Source of the DNA: an uncultured delta proteobacterium
Lineage (GTDB): Bacteria; Myxococcota; Kuafuiibacteriia; Kuafuiibacteriales; Kuafuiibacteriaceae
NCBI GenBank assembly: GCA_963803435.1
Contig: CAWDML010000008.1
Coordinates: 608,001-672,000 of the forward strand
Length of the DNA stretch: 64,000 nt
Direction: 5' to 3'
Both the position numbers and the translations under genes were made by a program. Shown piece after piece: positions 29,651 through 39,569 of this stretch. Under the pieces are notes generated by a model, which did no database searches, was not told the DNA's origin, and saw only the letters and a program-made list of their open reading frames with translations. Each line of letters opens with the position of its first letter. Position 1 is the stretch's first letter.

Positions 29651-30052
29651 TCACTCGTCAGGGGTCGGCGAGAGGCCGCCGGCGTCGTGGGTCAACGAGA
29701 CCTTGCCGTCGCCGGTCCCGGTAGGCATGGAGAGCGTGCCTCCAGCGACCTCGCGACGCCCTTCGAGGCCAATCCTCTCCTCGTACTCGTTGAGCAATCT
29801 CTTGGTCGCCTCGTCGACGATCGCGTTGTCGCCCTCACGCTCGAGGAGACGACCCGCGCGCAGATAGCGGATCCCGACAGCGAAGCCGGAGCTCCACATG
29901 AAGACGAGCCAGATTCGACTCTTCACCAGGAACATCGCCGCGAAGAGGAGAGCGATGTAGAGCGTCAGGACCACGTAGCCGGTGAGCTTCGCGCGCCGAC
30001 TCCACTTCTGGCGGACGCGCCTTTCGACCGAAGCGGGAATCTGCAGGGCCAC
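29651..30052 (-). CDS. Small 2-TM hypothetical protein
   Basis: Two hydrophobic segments and a C-terminal G-x-[LV]-S repeat tail. Confidence 0.6.
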   Translation of the reverse strand: MALQIPASVERRVRQKWSRRAKLTGYVVLTLYIALLFAAMFLVKSRIWLVFMWSSGFAVGIRYLRAGRLLEREGDNAIVDEATKRLLNEYEERIGLEGRREVAGGTLSMPTGTGDGKVSLTHDAGGLSPTPDE

Positions 30053-30082
30053 AGCTTAGTGCTAACCGCCTGGCCGGCGGAG

Positions 30083-31396
30083 TCAACGTGGTCCGTCCTC
30101 GTACCCGGGCGGGCGCTCTTTCGGGCGCCAGCGAAGAAAATAGACCAGCGCGAGGGTGAGCGTCACGAGGCTCCCGATGCCGAGCGTGTAGCAGAACTTC
30201 ACGAAGAACTCGAGGCGCGTCTCGCCGGCGAAAAAGACGTCCCGGTAGAGCTGGGTTGCCACCGAACCCGTGTAGCCGACGGCGTCGGCCAGGTAGATCG
30301 TGAACACCGCGGTGCTGGTCACGCGAGTGTATGCGATCAAACGCTCGAACAGCACCGCGTTGAAGGGCACGTAGGCGAGGTAGGAGCCGAGGCCCGTCGC
30401 GATCATCCAGGTCAGGCCGCCGATCAGGTGCATCTCCAGCGCCAGGGTCCCGAGCGCGACGAGGCCCATCCCGGCCAGCATGAGGACGAACGCGGCGATC
30501 AGGCCCAGCTTGTTGTGCTTGATCAGCGTGAGCGCGGCCACCGCGATCATCACGCCGAACGCGACCGGGGTTTCGGTGCGCGTGAAGAGCGCGGAGGTGT
30601 CGCTCTCGCCGAGCGCCCGGAAGATCTCGATCCCGTAGTTGTCGCGGAAGTCGCGGAAGGCGGTGAGGAACAGGTACGTCCCGATCAGGAGCACCAGGCC
30701 GGGGAAAAACGTGCGGAGGAAGTGCCAGCGATCCGCGGACTGCATCTCGTGGCGGGGCGTGCGCAGCGCGATGTCGTCGGCGGACGGCGGAGGGACCTGG
30801 TCGAGGAGGTACGCCGACACCAGAAACGGAACCAGGAACACGAGACCGGTGATCGCGGGCATCCACATCTCGGGGACCCCCCCGTCGGTGAGCAGCCAGC
30901 GGCCGACGTCCTTCACCATCCCGCTTGCCACGATGAACGAGCAGCTGAGACCCGCCAGCAGGAAGTCAGAGGTCCGCCGTCCCTCCAGGTAAGAGACGCA
31001 GAGGCCCCACACCATCCCGAGCGGGACGCCGTTCAGAAGGAGCGCGAGCACCGCCCACGACGGGGGCAGGGCCCCGAACAGGAGCAGCGCCGCCTCCGCC
31101 GCCAGGATTAGACCGACCAGCCAGGTGAGGCGCTTGGCCGGTGGCATCTCGCTGTTGATCCGGATCCCGAGAAACTTCGACAGCGTGTAGCCGATCAGCT
31201 GGCTGATCACGAAGGCTGTCTTCAGCGTGACCTCGGTTCCCGCGAAAGCGCCGACGTAGGTCCCGGCCGCGAACGGCTTTCGGAACGCGTACATGCAGAA
31301 GTAGGTACCGAATGCGGTCGTGGTCGCATAGATGGCGAGCAAGGTCGGCCGAGCCTCGAGCGCGGCCGTCAGGCGCGATTTGGTGGCGCGGGTCAT
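30083..31396 (-). CDS. DUF5690 family MFS-like membrane protein
   Basis: YFCMYAFRKPFAA, YLEGRR, RDFRDNY and YLADAVGY. Confidence 0.85.
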   Translation of the reverse strand: MTRATKSRLTAALEARPTLLAIYATTTAFGTYFCMYAFRKPFAAGTYVGAFAGTEVTLKTAFVISQLIGYTLSKFLGIRINSEMPPAKRLTWLVGLILAAEAALLLFGALPPSWAVLALLLNGVPLGMVWGLCVSYLEGRRTSDFLLAGLSCSFIVASGMVKDVGRWLLTDGGVPEMWMPAITGLVFLVPFLVSAYLLDQVPPPSADDIALRTPRHEMQSADRWHFLRTFFPGLVLLIGTYLFLTAFRDFRDNYGIEIFRALGESDTSALFTRTETPVAFGVMIAVAALTLIKHNKLGLIAAFVLMLAGMGLVALGTLALEMHLIGGLTWMIATGLGSYLAYVPFNAVLFERLIAYTRVTSTAVFTIYLADAVGYTGSVATQLYRDVFFAGETRLEFFVKFCYTLGIGSLVTLTLALVYFLRWRPKERPPGYEDGPR

Positions 31397-31505
31397 TTCT
31401 CCGCGCCGAGGCGAGCAGGCCCGCGGGACGCAGTCAATCATCGCGTCCTAATCCGCGAGCACGCGCTGGGAGTGTGTGGATCGACCAAACGGTTAGGATC
31501 TTCGG

Positions 31506-32435
31506 ATGGAGATCATGATCACCGGCGGCACAGGCTTCGTCGGTCGAGCGCTGGCGGCCCGCCTACTTCTCGCGGGTCATCGGGTCCGCGTGTTGACCCG
31601 CTCGGTGACGCGCGGGCGGACGGTGTTGGGAGACGAGGTCGAGCTGACGGACCAAGTGTCGGTCGAGGGGTGCGACGCGGTGATCAACCTCGCCGGAGAA
31701 GGGATCGCCGACGGGCGCTGGACCAGCTCGAGGAAGCGCGCGCTGGTGGACAGCAGGGTCGGGCTGACCCGTCGGATCGTGAGCGCGATCGGCGCGGCAA
31801 AGCTGCGGCCGCGCGTGCTGATCTCGGCCAGCGCGGTGGGCTTCTACGGCGATGGCGGTGAGGCTGAGCTCAGCGAGGAGAGCCCGCGCGGCCACGGCTT
31901 TCTCGCCGAGCTCTGCGAGGCGTGGGAGCGGGAGGCCTTGCGCGCAGGCGATCAAGGAGCGCGCGTCGTGGTGGTTCGTCTCGGCGTCGTGCTCGGGCGC
32001 GACGGGGGCGCGCTCGAGAAGATGTTGGTCCCGTTCCGCCTCGGCCTCGGCGGGCGGATCGGATCCGGCCGCCAGTTCATGTCCTGGATCCATCTCGCCG
32101 ATCTGGTCGAGCTCCTGATCCGGGCGATCTCCGACGGCGCGATGCAGGGCGTGTACAACGGCGTGGCTCCCGAGCCCGTGACGAACCGAGCGCTGGCGCG
32201 CGCCCTGGGACGAGCGCTCGGCCGGCCGGCGGTGCTGCCGGTGCCCGCGCCGGCGCTCCGGGTGCTCATGGGAGAAGCCGCGAGCGTGCTCCTCACCAGC
32301 CAGCGGGCGTTGCCGTCCCGCGCGCTGGAGGCCGGCTTCACCTTCCGCTTCCCCATGCTGGCGGACGCGCTCCACGATCTCCTCGACACACCCTCGCGGA
32401 GGGGAGGACGGGCCGATTCGACCACAGCCGCGTGA
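31506..32435 (+). CDS. TIGR01777 family epimerase/oxidoreductase
   Basis: ITGGTGFVG, VINLAGE, SASAVGFYG and GRQFMSWIHLAD. Confidence 0.92.
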   Translation: MEIMITGGTGFVGRALAARLLLAGHRVRVLTRSVTRGRTVLGDEVELTDQVSVEGCDAVINLAGEGIADGRWTSSRKRALVDSRVGLTRRIVSAIGAAKLRPRVLISASAVGFYGDGGEAELSEESPRGHGFLAELCEAWEREALRAGDQGARVVVVRLGVVLGRDGGALEKMLVPFRLGLGGRIGSGRQFMSWIHLADLVELLIRAISDGAMQGVYNGVAPEPVTNRALARALGRALGRPAVLPVPAPALRVLMGEAASVLLTSQRALPSRALEAGFTFRFPMLADALHDLLDTPSRRGGRADSTTAA

Positions 32436-32718
32436 GCGCTCGAGGCTGCCACAACTGCGGGCAGCTCAATCACGACGGCTGCGACCGGGACGACCACCCG
32501 ATGTCACTCTACGGCACGCCTGCCGAGGTCGTGGCAACGCTGGTCGGCGCCCCCTCGATCAGCTCGCCCGGCACCCGACCATAGCTTCATCGTACAGAAG
32601 CTCGAAGGCCACGTGAGCGCGTCGGAGGGCTCATCCATGCGCGCCTGGCCGCGAGATCCCACAAGACGACATCGATGTCCTGCGGGCGTGGATCGCTCAG
32701 GGCGCCCCGGAGCGGTGA
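32432..32718 (+). pseudogene. Degraded monoheme cytochrome c-like domain remnant
   Basis: Reading across frames gives PG.PDHSFIVQKLEG...M...EIPQDDIDVLRAWIAQGAPER*, the same fold signature as the C-terminus of the 5694 gene. Confidence 0.55.
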
Positions 32719-32731
32719 CAATGCGGCCCGC

Positions 32732-34382
32732 TCAGTAGCCGAGCAGCTTCTCGTGCAGGTGTCCGTCGCGGACGAAAGTGCGCGCGTGCTTGGCGCGCCG
32801 GGCGATCCGCCGTTCGTTGAAGCGGTGTGCGGTGAACCGGGCGGTGGCCGCCAGGGGGAGCGCGCGATCCCCGCGGTCTCGAAAGAGCGGGTCGGACGCG
32901 AGTGCCGCCGTGACGCGCTCTGCGGCCATCGTGGTCTTGATCTGGTGCGCGACGAAGATCGGCAGGGTCAGCGAATCCGAGGACACCGATCCGATCAGGC
33001 GATCGATGAGGCCCTCCTCGGCAGCGGGGATCTGCGCCCAGCGCTCGACCGGAAGATCCAGCACGCGCGTGTGCTGGACGAAGCGTGCGCTGTGGAAGAG
33101 CGCGCGCCGGCTGTCGTCCGTCGGACGCCGCCGCTCGGTCTCGTGGACCGCGTCGGCGTGCGTGAGGTGGTGCGTCACGTCGAGCCACCCGTTCGTGTGC
33201 GCGTCGCTGTCCTCGATCGCTGGATCGAATCGCCACAGCCGGTGCGCCGCCGCCAGGCACAGCGCGCGCGCCACCCGATCCGTCGGTACTCGTGCCTCCA
33301 GCGCGCCCGACACCGCCCCCAGCGCGTCGTCGAGCGTGCCGTCGAGGACGGCGGCGAGGAACGCGTCCACGTCGAGCGCGGCCGTCGGGTCGGGCGCCGG
33401 AGAGCGCCGTCCCTCTCGCGCCGCCATCGCCTTCGCGTACGACCGCATGTATGGGAGTCGATCCTCGCGGGTACCGTACCCGATCATGGACACCAGGCTG
33501 GTGAGGATCGGATGCGCCCGCTGCCAGCCGACCGCGGTCAGGAGCTCCTCCGCCTTCACGCAGTAGATGTGCGCATGCCCATAGTCGAGGAAGTGATCGG
33601 TCGCCGCGTGCACCAGCCAGGAGAAGACACGCTCGGGACCGGCCCCTGCCGCCAGCGCTCCGCGGAACAGGGCCTCCGCGCCCTCGAGCGCCTCCGCCTC
33701 GATGCGCCTCCGGAGCTCCTGCTCCACGCCGTCGAGCGCCGCCACCTTCTCGGGGGCGGGGAAGGTTCGCACCGCGCGCCGCGCGTTCGGCTCGACCATC
33801 AGGTTGGCGGCCTCCAGCAGCAGCACGTCCGCCTCTCCCGGACGCCGCCGCACCAGCGCCGCCAGAATCCGCCGCCGTGGCGAGCCCATGATCGAAGCCG
33901 TAGGGCACCCGCGCTGCCGCCCACGCCGCGGTCCAGCCGAGCACCGTCTCCGCCGCCTCGTCCGCCCCGAGCAAGCGCTCGATGCACCGCGCCGCGTGGG
34001 CCCAGTCCTCCTCGTCGAACGCCTTGTCCAGGCTCTGGTACAGCTTGGGCGTCACGGTGAACGGCGAAGGATCCCGGAGGTCGACCCACACCGCGCCGTC
34101 CTCGATGCGCACGGGGTAGGACCGGACATCCTCGCCTCCGAGCACGCAGACCCCGTCGCACAGCCGGAACTTCCAGTTGTGCCACTCGCAGGTGAGCATT
34201 CCGTCCTTCACCACGCCCGAGGCGAGCGGATAGCCCTCGTGCGGACACCGGTTGTCCACCGCGTGCACGGTCTCACCGGTCCGGAACAACGCAATCTGTT
34301 TTCCGCCCGGCTTCACGGTCTTCGCGGCACCCTCGGCCAGGGCGGCGAGCTCGAGCACCCTCGTCCAACTCGGTACGTCCAT
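32732..34382 (-). CDS. Rieske 2Fe-2S domain fused to a His-rich helical domain, frameshift ~33867
   Basis: CPHEG...CEWH Rieske motif. The downstream frame carries DYGHAHIY, WLDVTHHLTHADA and AHQIK. Confidence 0.8.
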
Positions 34383-34504
34383 GGCGCGATGATGCACGCC
34401 GCACCCGGCGGTGCCCATCCCACGGCCAAAGCGTTGGAGGAAGGTCGGCGCATTGTCATCGAGGGCCCGACCCGGGTGTCAACCTAGCTTGCACTCGAGG
34501 ACGG

Positions 34505-34544
34505 TTGACCCCGCCCGGTGTTGTTAGCTATACATATGTTCAGT
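34505..34544 (+). promoter_or_regulatory. sigma70-like promoter with Myxococcus-type LexA (SOS) box
   Basis: TTGACC at 34505, then CTATACATATGTTCAGT (34528-34544), matching CTRHAMRYBYGTTCAGS at 15/17, immediately before dinB. Confidence 0.75.
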
Positions 34545-34551
34545 CAACCCG

Positions 34552-35769
34552 ATGGCCAGGGATGCGCCGCGGATCTGCTGCCTCGATCTCGACACGTTCT
34601 TCGTCTCGGTCGAGCGGCTGCTCGATCCTTCGCTCGAGGGCCGGCCGGTGATCGTCGGCGGCCGGCCAGGCACCCGCGGCGTGGTGACGGCATGCAGCTA
34701 CGAGGTGCGTGCGCTCGGCGTGCGGTCCGGGATGTCGCTGACGAAGGCGGCGCAGCTGGCGCCCGACGCGATCTATCTCCCCACGCGCCACGACACCTAC
34801 GGCGACTACGCGCGGCGCGTGCGAGAGGTGGCGGAGCGCTGGTGCCCGATCGTCCAGGTGGCGAGCATCGACGAGCTCTATATGGACTTCGCCGGTTGCG
34901 AGGGCATGTACCGCCAGGCGCCGGACCTCTCGGACGACGCTACCATCCTCCGCGTCGTCTGCGAGATCACCGCCGAGGTCGCGCGCGATGTCGGGCTGCC
35001 GTCGAGCGCGGGCATCGCCACCAGCCAATCCATGGCAAAGGTGGCCTGCGGCCTGGCGAAGCCCGCGGGCGTTCGCATGATCCCCTCGGGTCGGGAGGCC
35101 GAGGCGCTGTCTTCGCTTCCGGTCCGCAAGCTCCCCGGGATTGGCCCGGTGGCAGAAGCGAAGCTGAACGCGCTCGGCCTCACCACGCTGGGCGAGGTGG
35201 CGGCCACGCCGCTCTCGACACTCCGCACGGTCTTCGGCGCCTGGGCGGAGCACGTCAAGGCGAACGCCGCCGGTGAGGGCTCCGGAGATCTGGGAAGAGA
35301 TCGCCCTGCGTTCCACGAGCACGATCCCGAAGGGGAGGTGGTCGGCACCATCTCCAACGAGCGCACGTTCTCCGAGGACGTGAAGAACCCGGACGTCCTG
35401 GAGTCGATGCTCTGCTCTTTGTGCGAGCGCGTCTGCTGGCGGGCGCGCAAGCGTGGCGTCAAGGCGCGCACGGTGACCTTGAAGCTGCGATATTCGAACT
35501 TCCAGACCATCTCCCGGTCGCGCACCTTCACCCCCACGTCGTCCGAGCTCGAGCTCTATCCGATCGTCAAGGAGCTCTTCGAGGGCGCGCGCGATCGGTC
35601 CCGCCGTGTCCGCCTCCTCGGCCTGGCGCTCTCGAACCTCGCTCGGTTCGACGATCAGCTGGCCCTGTTCCGAACGGGCGACCGCCTGCACCAGACGGTC
35701 GACGCGATCCGCGAGCGCTTCGGCTTCGACTCGGTCCGCCTGGCGCGAGGGCGCGGCGCCCGCGGTTGA
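34552..35769 (+). CDS. dinB: DNA polymerase IV (Y family)
   Basis: DLDTFFVSVE, SYEVRALGVRSGM, SIDELY, AKPAG, LPGIGP, and the C-terminal clamp-binding motif QLALF. Confidence 0.95.
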   Translation: MARDAPRICCLDLDTFFVSVERLLDPSLEGRPVIVGGRPGTRGVVTACSYEVRALGVRSGMSLTKAAQLAPDAIYLPTRHDTYGDYARRVREVAERWCPIVQVASIDELYMDFAGCEGMYRQAPDLSDDATILRVVCEITAEVARDVGLPSSAGIATSQSMAKVACGLAKPAGVRMIPSGREAEALSSLPVRKLPGIGPVAEAKLNALGLTTLGEVAATPLSTLRTVFGAWAEHVKANAAGEGSGDLGRDRPAFHEHDPEGEVVGTISNERTFSEDVKNPDVLESMLCSLCERVCWRARKRGVKARTVTLKLRYSNFQTISRSRTFTPTSSELELYPIVKELFEGARDRSRRVRLLGLALSNLARFDDQLALFRTGDRLHQTVDAIRERFGFDSVRLARGRGARG

Positions 35770-35823
35770 CCTGTCCACTCGGACAGGTTGTCTGCGACCC
35801 GGGATCCCGAGCACGATCGCCGG

Positions 35824-38800
35824 ATGGGCGACGAGAAGGAAGACCGACCGCTCTCCTTCGAAGAGGTGCTCGCGGAGGAGATCCAGGCGCTCCGCGGTGT
35901 CGACCCGATCCAGAGCGTAGAGGACGCCGATCCGCACAACCTGGTGGGTTTGGCCTTCTCGGGCGGTGGGATCCGGAGCGCCACCTTCAACCTCGGCGTG
36001 CTCCAGGGCCTGGCGAAGCTGGGTCTCCTCGACCGGTTCGATTATCTCTCGACCGTCTCTGGAGGCGGGTACATCGGGACGTGGCTCCAGGCGTGGCTCC
36101 ATCGCACGCGCGAGAAGAAGGAAGAACCACCGCTCCAGATCATTCAGCAGGCGCTCTCCAGCGCCGCCGAACCCCGCGAGATTCGATTCCTACGCGAGTA
36201 CAGCAATTACCTGACACCGCGCGTCGGCCTCCTCAGCGGCGACACGTGGACGCTCGTGTCGATCTACCTCCGCAACCTCCTCCTCAATCTGGTCGTGACG
36301 GTGATGGCCATCGCGAGCGCGCTGTTGATGCTTCACGCGTTCGACCACGCGTTCCAGCTGCTGGCCTACCACCCGCGCTGGGCGCTCGGGACGGCGGCGA
36401 GCGCCATCATCGTCGCGATCATCGCCGCCACGCTCAACCTGGTCTCCGACTTCCGGAAGGACCTGAAGCCGTACTTCATCGCGCGTCGGTCCGGCGTCCT
36501 GTTCCTGGTGATCGGCCCGATCCTCCTGTCGACCTACGCGGTCAGCGCGTACGGATGGAGCCACTACCACAACCTCGTGAGGCTCAACCTCGCCCCGGGC
36601 GTCTGGAGGGGATGGTCCACCTTCATGCTCGTCTATCTGCTGGGGTCGATGATCCCGGCGTTCGTCCGATGGGAGGTCAAGCGAAGGTCGGACCGGTGGA
36701 GGGAGGCGATCAAGCCGGGTGACGTCGCCTGGGTGCTGATCGCGACCCTGCTCGGCGCCGGCATCGCCGCCGCGTTCTTCTATGCGTTCGGGCGTGCCAT
36801 CGAGTCGCTCGGGACGAGCACGTATGTCGGCCGTTTCGGGCCGATCGCGGGACCGCTGGTGCTCTCGCTGGGCATCGGGACCGTGATGGCGATGCACGTC
36901 GGGATCGCCGGCAACGCGCTCTCGGAGCAGCTGCGCGAGTGGCAGGCGCGGCTGGTGGGTGTGCTGATCGGGTCGGCCGTCTTGCTCACCCTCGGCAGGC
37001 TCATCGCCAGCGTGCGCTACGAGGAGATCGTCGGGTGTGGGACCGTCGCGGTGCCGGCCTGGCTCGGGAGCACGATCGCGAGCGCCTGGGCGGGGCGCCC
37101 CGACAGCGGCCCGGTGTCGGCGGTGACGTCGGCCATCCGGAGCATCGTGCTCCGCGTCGGTCCGTACATCTTCGTGATCGGCCTGGTCGTCGGGATCGCG
37201 ATCCTCGCCAATCTGGTCGTCGACCAGATCCCATGCACACGAACGATGACTCAGATGCTGGTGACGATCGGACTGAGCTTCCTCTGTCTCGCGGTCTCCG
37301 CCGTCCTCTCCCTGCGCTTCGGGATCAACGACTTCTCGATCGGGTCCCTCTATCGCAATCGCCTGGTGCGCTGTTATCTGGGGGCGATCCGTTCCGATCA
37401 GCGCGAGGTCAACCTCTTCATCGGCTTCTCCGAGGAGGACGACCTCCGCTCGTTGAGCGATCTCGACGCGGCGGTGGCCACGAAGCCCGTGAAGTCGCGA
37501 CTGGAGCAGCTGTACGATCGCGTGAGAGCGACGCTCGGTGGGGAGGCCAAGGCGACCGCAGAGCCCGCGGCCTCCGACAGCTCGGACGAGGACTACCTGC
37601 AACGCACCGCAGCGCGAGCCTCCAAGCCGGCAGGCCCGGAAGACTGTCGCCCCTACCCGATCTATAACGCCACCCTGAACCTCGTGGGCGGCGACAAGCT
37701 CGCCTGGCAGCGAAGGCGCGCGCGCCCGTTCGTGTTCACGCCGAAGCACTGCGGGTTCGCGCTCTCGCCGTGGGACACGGACTTCGATCCCGCGGTGCAA
37801 GCGTTCCGGCCGGCCTCCAAGTACGCCGCCGGGATCTCGCTCGGCACGGCGATGAGCATCTCCGGCGCGGCGGTCAGCCCGAGCATGGGAGATCGGACCA
37901 CCCCCGCCCTGGCCTTCCTTCTCACCGTGTTCAACCTGCGGCTCGGGCAGTGGCTCCCCAATCCGAGGCATCCGGAGATCTGGCAGCGTCGAGGCCCGCG
38001 CTTCGGGTTGGGTCTGCTCGTCAAGGAGCTGCTCGGAATGACCAACGAGGAGCAGCGGTACGTCTACCTCTCCGACGGAGGGCACTTCGAAAACCTCGGC
38101 ATCTTCGAGCTGATCCGACGCCGCTGTCGGTTCATCGTGGCGGTCGACGCCGGGGAGGACGCGAAGCGTGAGTTCGCGGATCTCGGGAACGCGATCGAGC
38201 GCGTTCGCACGGATCTGGGGTATGAGATCGAGATCGACGTGGAGCCGCTCGAGCTCGACCCCGGCACCTCGCGCTCCCGAGCGCGCTGTGCGGTAGGCGT
38301 GATCGACTACGGCAGCACCACCGGGGTGCTGGTCTACGTCAAGGCTACGCTCACGGGCTCCGAGGCGACCGACGTGGTCCGCTACGCGAAGCAGCGGCCG
38401 GCGTTTCCGCACGAAAGCACCGCCGATCAGTGGTTCGACGAGACCCAGTTCGAGAGCTACCGGCGTCTCGGGCAGCACACCGCTAACGAGATCTTCGGAG
38501 CGCTCGGTGATCGCCAGGAGCTGGCCAGGCTCACCACCGACAAGCTCTTCCTCGGGCTCCACCAGCGCTGGCGGCCCCGCGCCGACGCGGACGAGCGCTT
38601 CATCCGCCACACGGAGGACCTCAACCGGATCGCCCGCTCCGTGCGCGACGATCCCCGGCTCGGGTTCATGGCCCTCCAGCTGTTCCCCGAGCTCTGGGAC
38701 CTGGAGACCTCCACGGGCGCGCCGTTGGATCGCGGAGACTTCGGGCTCCCGGCGTCCGGTGAGGCCCTCCGCTGCGGTTTCTATGTCGCGCACGAGATGA

Positions 38801-39498
38801 TCCAGCTGATGGAGAACGTCTACCTCGACCTGGATCTCGAGACGCAGCTCGACCACCCGGACAATCGCGGCTGGATGAACCTGTTCCGGCGCTGGGCGTG
38901 GTCGTCGATGTTCCGTGCGAGCTGGGCGATCAGCGCCAGCACCTTCGGCGCGCGCTTTCAAGCGTTCGCCGAGCGACGCTACGGTCTCGGTACCTCCGAG
39001 ATCGTGGTGCGAGACCCACTCGCCTCGACGGCCCTCGACCTCGGCGACGAGGAGATCGAATCGAAGACCGGCCTCAACTTCTTCGAGGTCGAGCTCCTCC
39101 GACTGTTCCGGGAGCTCCACAAGGAGAGAGGCTTCAGTGTCCTGGCGCTCGCATTTCCCGTGGCGCTTCCTGCTGCGGCGATCAGCGGCAGGGACCAGCA
39201 TCTGATGATGAACTGCGCGTTCGCGGTGGTCGGTGGCGAGAGGAGGCTCTTCTACTTCCGGGTGCAGGACCACCTGCGAAAGATGGGCGTGGCCCGGCGC
39301 GCGCTGGAGCAGCTGCTCCTGACCGAGACCATCACCGCTGACCCCGAGCTGGCGACGTTCGGCGTCGACGTTCCGGATGATCTCCGCGAGCGCGCACAGC
39401 GACTCGGCGATGAGGCGGTCGACGCCGGACGGCTGGAGGAGTTCCGTCGGATGTTCGACTCGGTGGTGCGAGACGTGCGATCGAGGAGACCGTCGTGA
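35824..39498 (+). CDS. Large multi-TM patatin/cPLA2-like phospholipase
   Basis: SGGGIRSA, STVSGGG (nucleophile), DGGHFENLG and FPHESTADQWFDETQFESYR. About 10 TM segments are inserted. Confidence 0.88.
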   Translation: MGDEKEDRPLSFEEVLAEEIQALRGVDPIQSVEDADPHNLVGLAFSGGGIRSATFNLGVLQGLAKLGLLDRFDYLSTVSGGGYIGTWLQAWLHRTREKKEEPPLQIIQQALSSAAEPREIRFLREYSNYLTPRVGLLSGDTWTLVSIYLRNLLLNLVVTVMAIASALLMLHAFDHAFQLLAYHPRWALGTAASAIIVAIIAATLNLVSDFRKDLKPYFIARRSGVLFLVIGPILLSTYAVSAYGWSHYHNLVRLNLAPGVWRGWSTFMLVYLLGSMIPAFVRWEVKRRSDRWREAIKPGDVAWVLIATLLGAGIAAAFFYAFGRAIESLGTSTYVGRFGPIAGPLVLSLGIGTVMAMHVGIAGNALSEQLREWQARLVGVLIGSAVLLTLGRLIASVRYEEIVGCGTVAVPAWLGSTIASAWAGRPDSGPVSAVTSAIRSIVLRVGPYIFVIGLVVGIAILANLVVDQIPCTRTMTQMLVTIGLSFLCLAVSAVLSLRFGINDFSIGSLYRNRLVRCYLGAIRSDQREVNLFIGFSEEDDLRSLSDLDAAVATKPVKSRLEQLYDRVRATLGGEAKATAEPAASDSSDEDYLQRTAARASKPAGPEDCRPYPIYNATLNLVGGDKLAWQRRRARPFVFTPKHCGFALSPWDTDFDPAVQAFRPASKYAAGISLGTAMSISGAAVSPSMGDRTTPALAFLLTVFNLRLGQWLPNPRHPEIWQRRGPRFGLGLLVKELLGMTNEEQRYVYLSDGGHFENLGIFELIRRRCRFIVAVDAGEDAKREFADLGNAIERVRTDLGYEIEIDVEPLELDPGTSRSRARCAVGVIDYGSTTGVLVYVKATLTGSEATDVVRYAKQRPAFPHESTADQWFDETQFESYRRLGQHTANEIFGALGDRQELARLTTDKLFLGLHQRWRPRADADERFIRHTEDLNRIARSVRDDPRLGFMALQLFPELWDLETSTGAPLDRGDFGLPASGEALRCGFYVAHEMIQLMENVYLDLDLETQLDHPDNRGWMNLFRRWAWSSMFRASWAISASTFGARFQAFAERRYGLGTSEIVVRDPLASTALDLGDEEIESKTGLNFFEVELLRLFRELHKERGFSVLALAFPVALPAAAISGRDQHLMMNCAFAVVGGERRLFYFRVQDHLRKMGVARRALEQLLLTETITADPELATFGVDVPDDLRERAQRLGDEAVDAGRLEEFRRMFDSVVRDVRSRRPS

Positions 39499-39569
39499 CC
39501 TGCGGTGCGAAAGAGACGCGTGGGCAGCTTCGACTCGTTGGTACGGTCGGCCCTTCTTGGCCGATCACC

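Noticed and set aside
35824-39498. CBASS-type defence system
   Set aside because: No CD-NTase or Cap genes are nearby, and the architecture is the large multi-TM patatin type rather than CapV.
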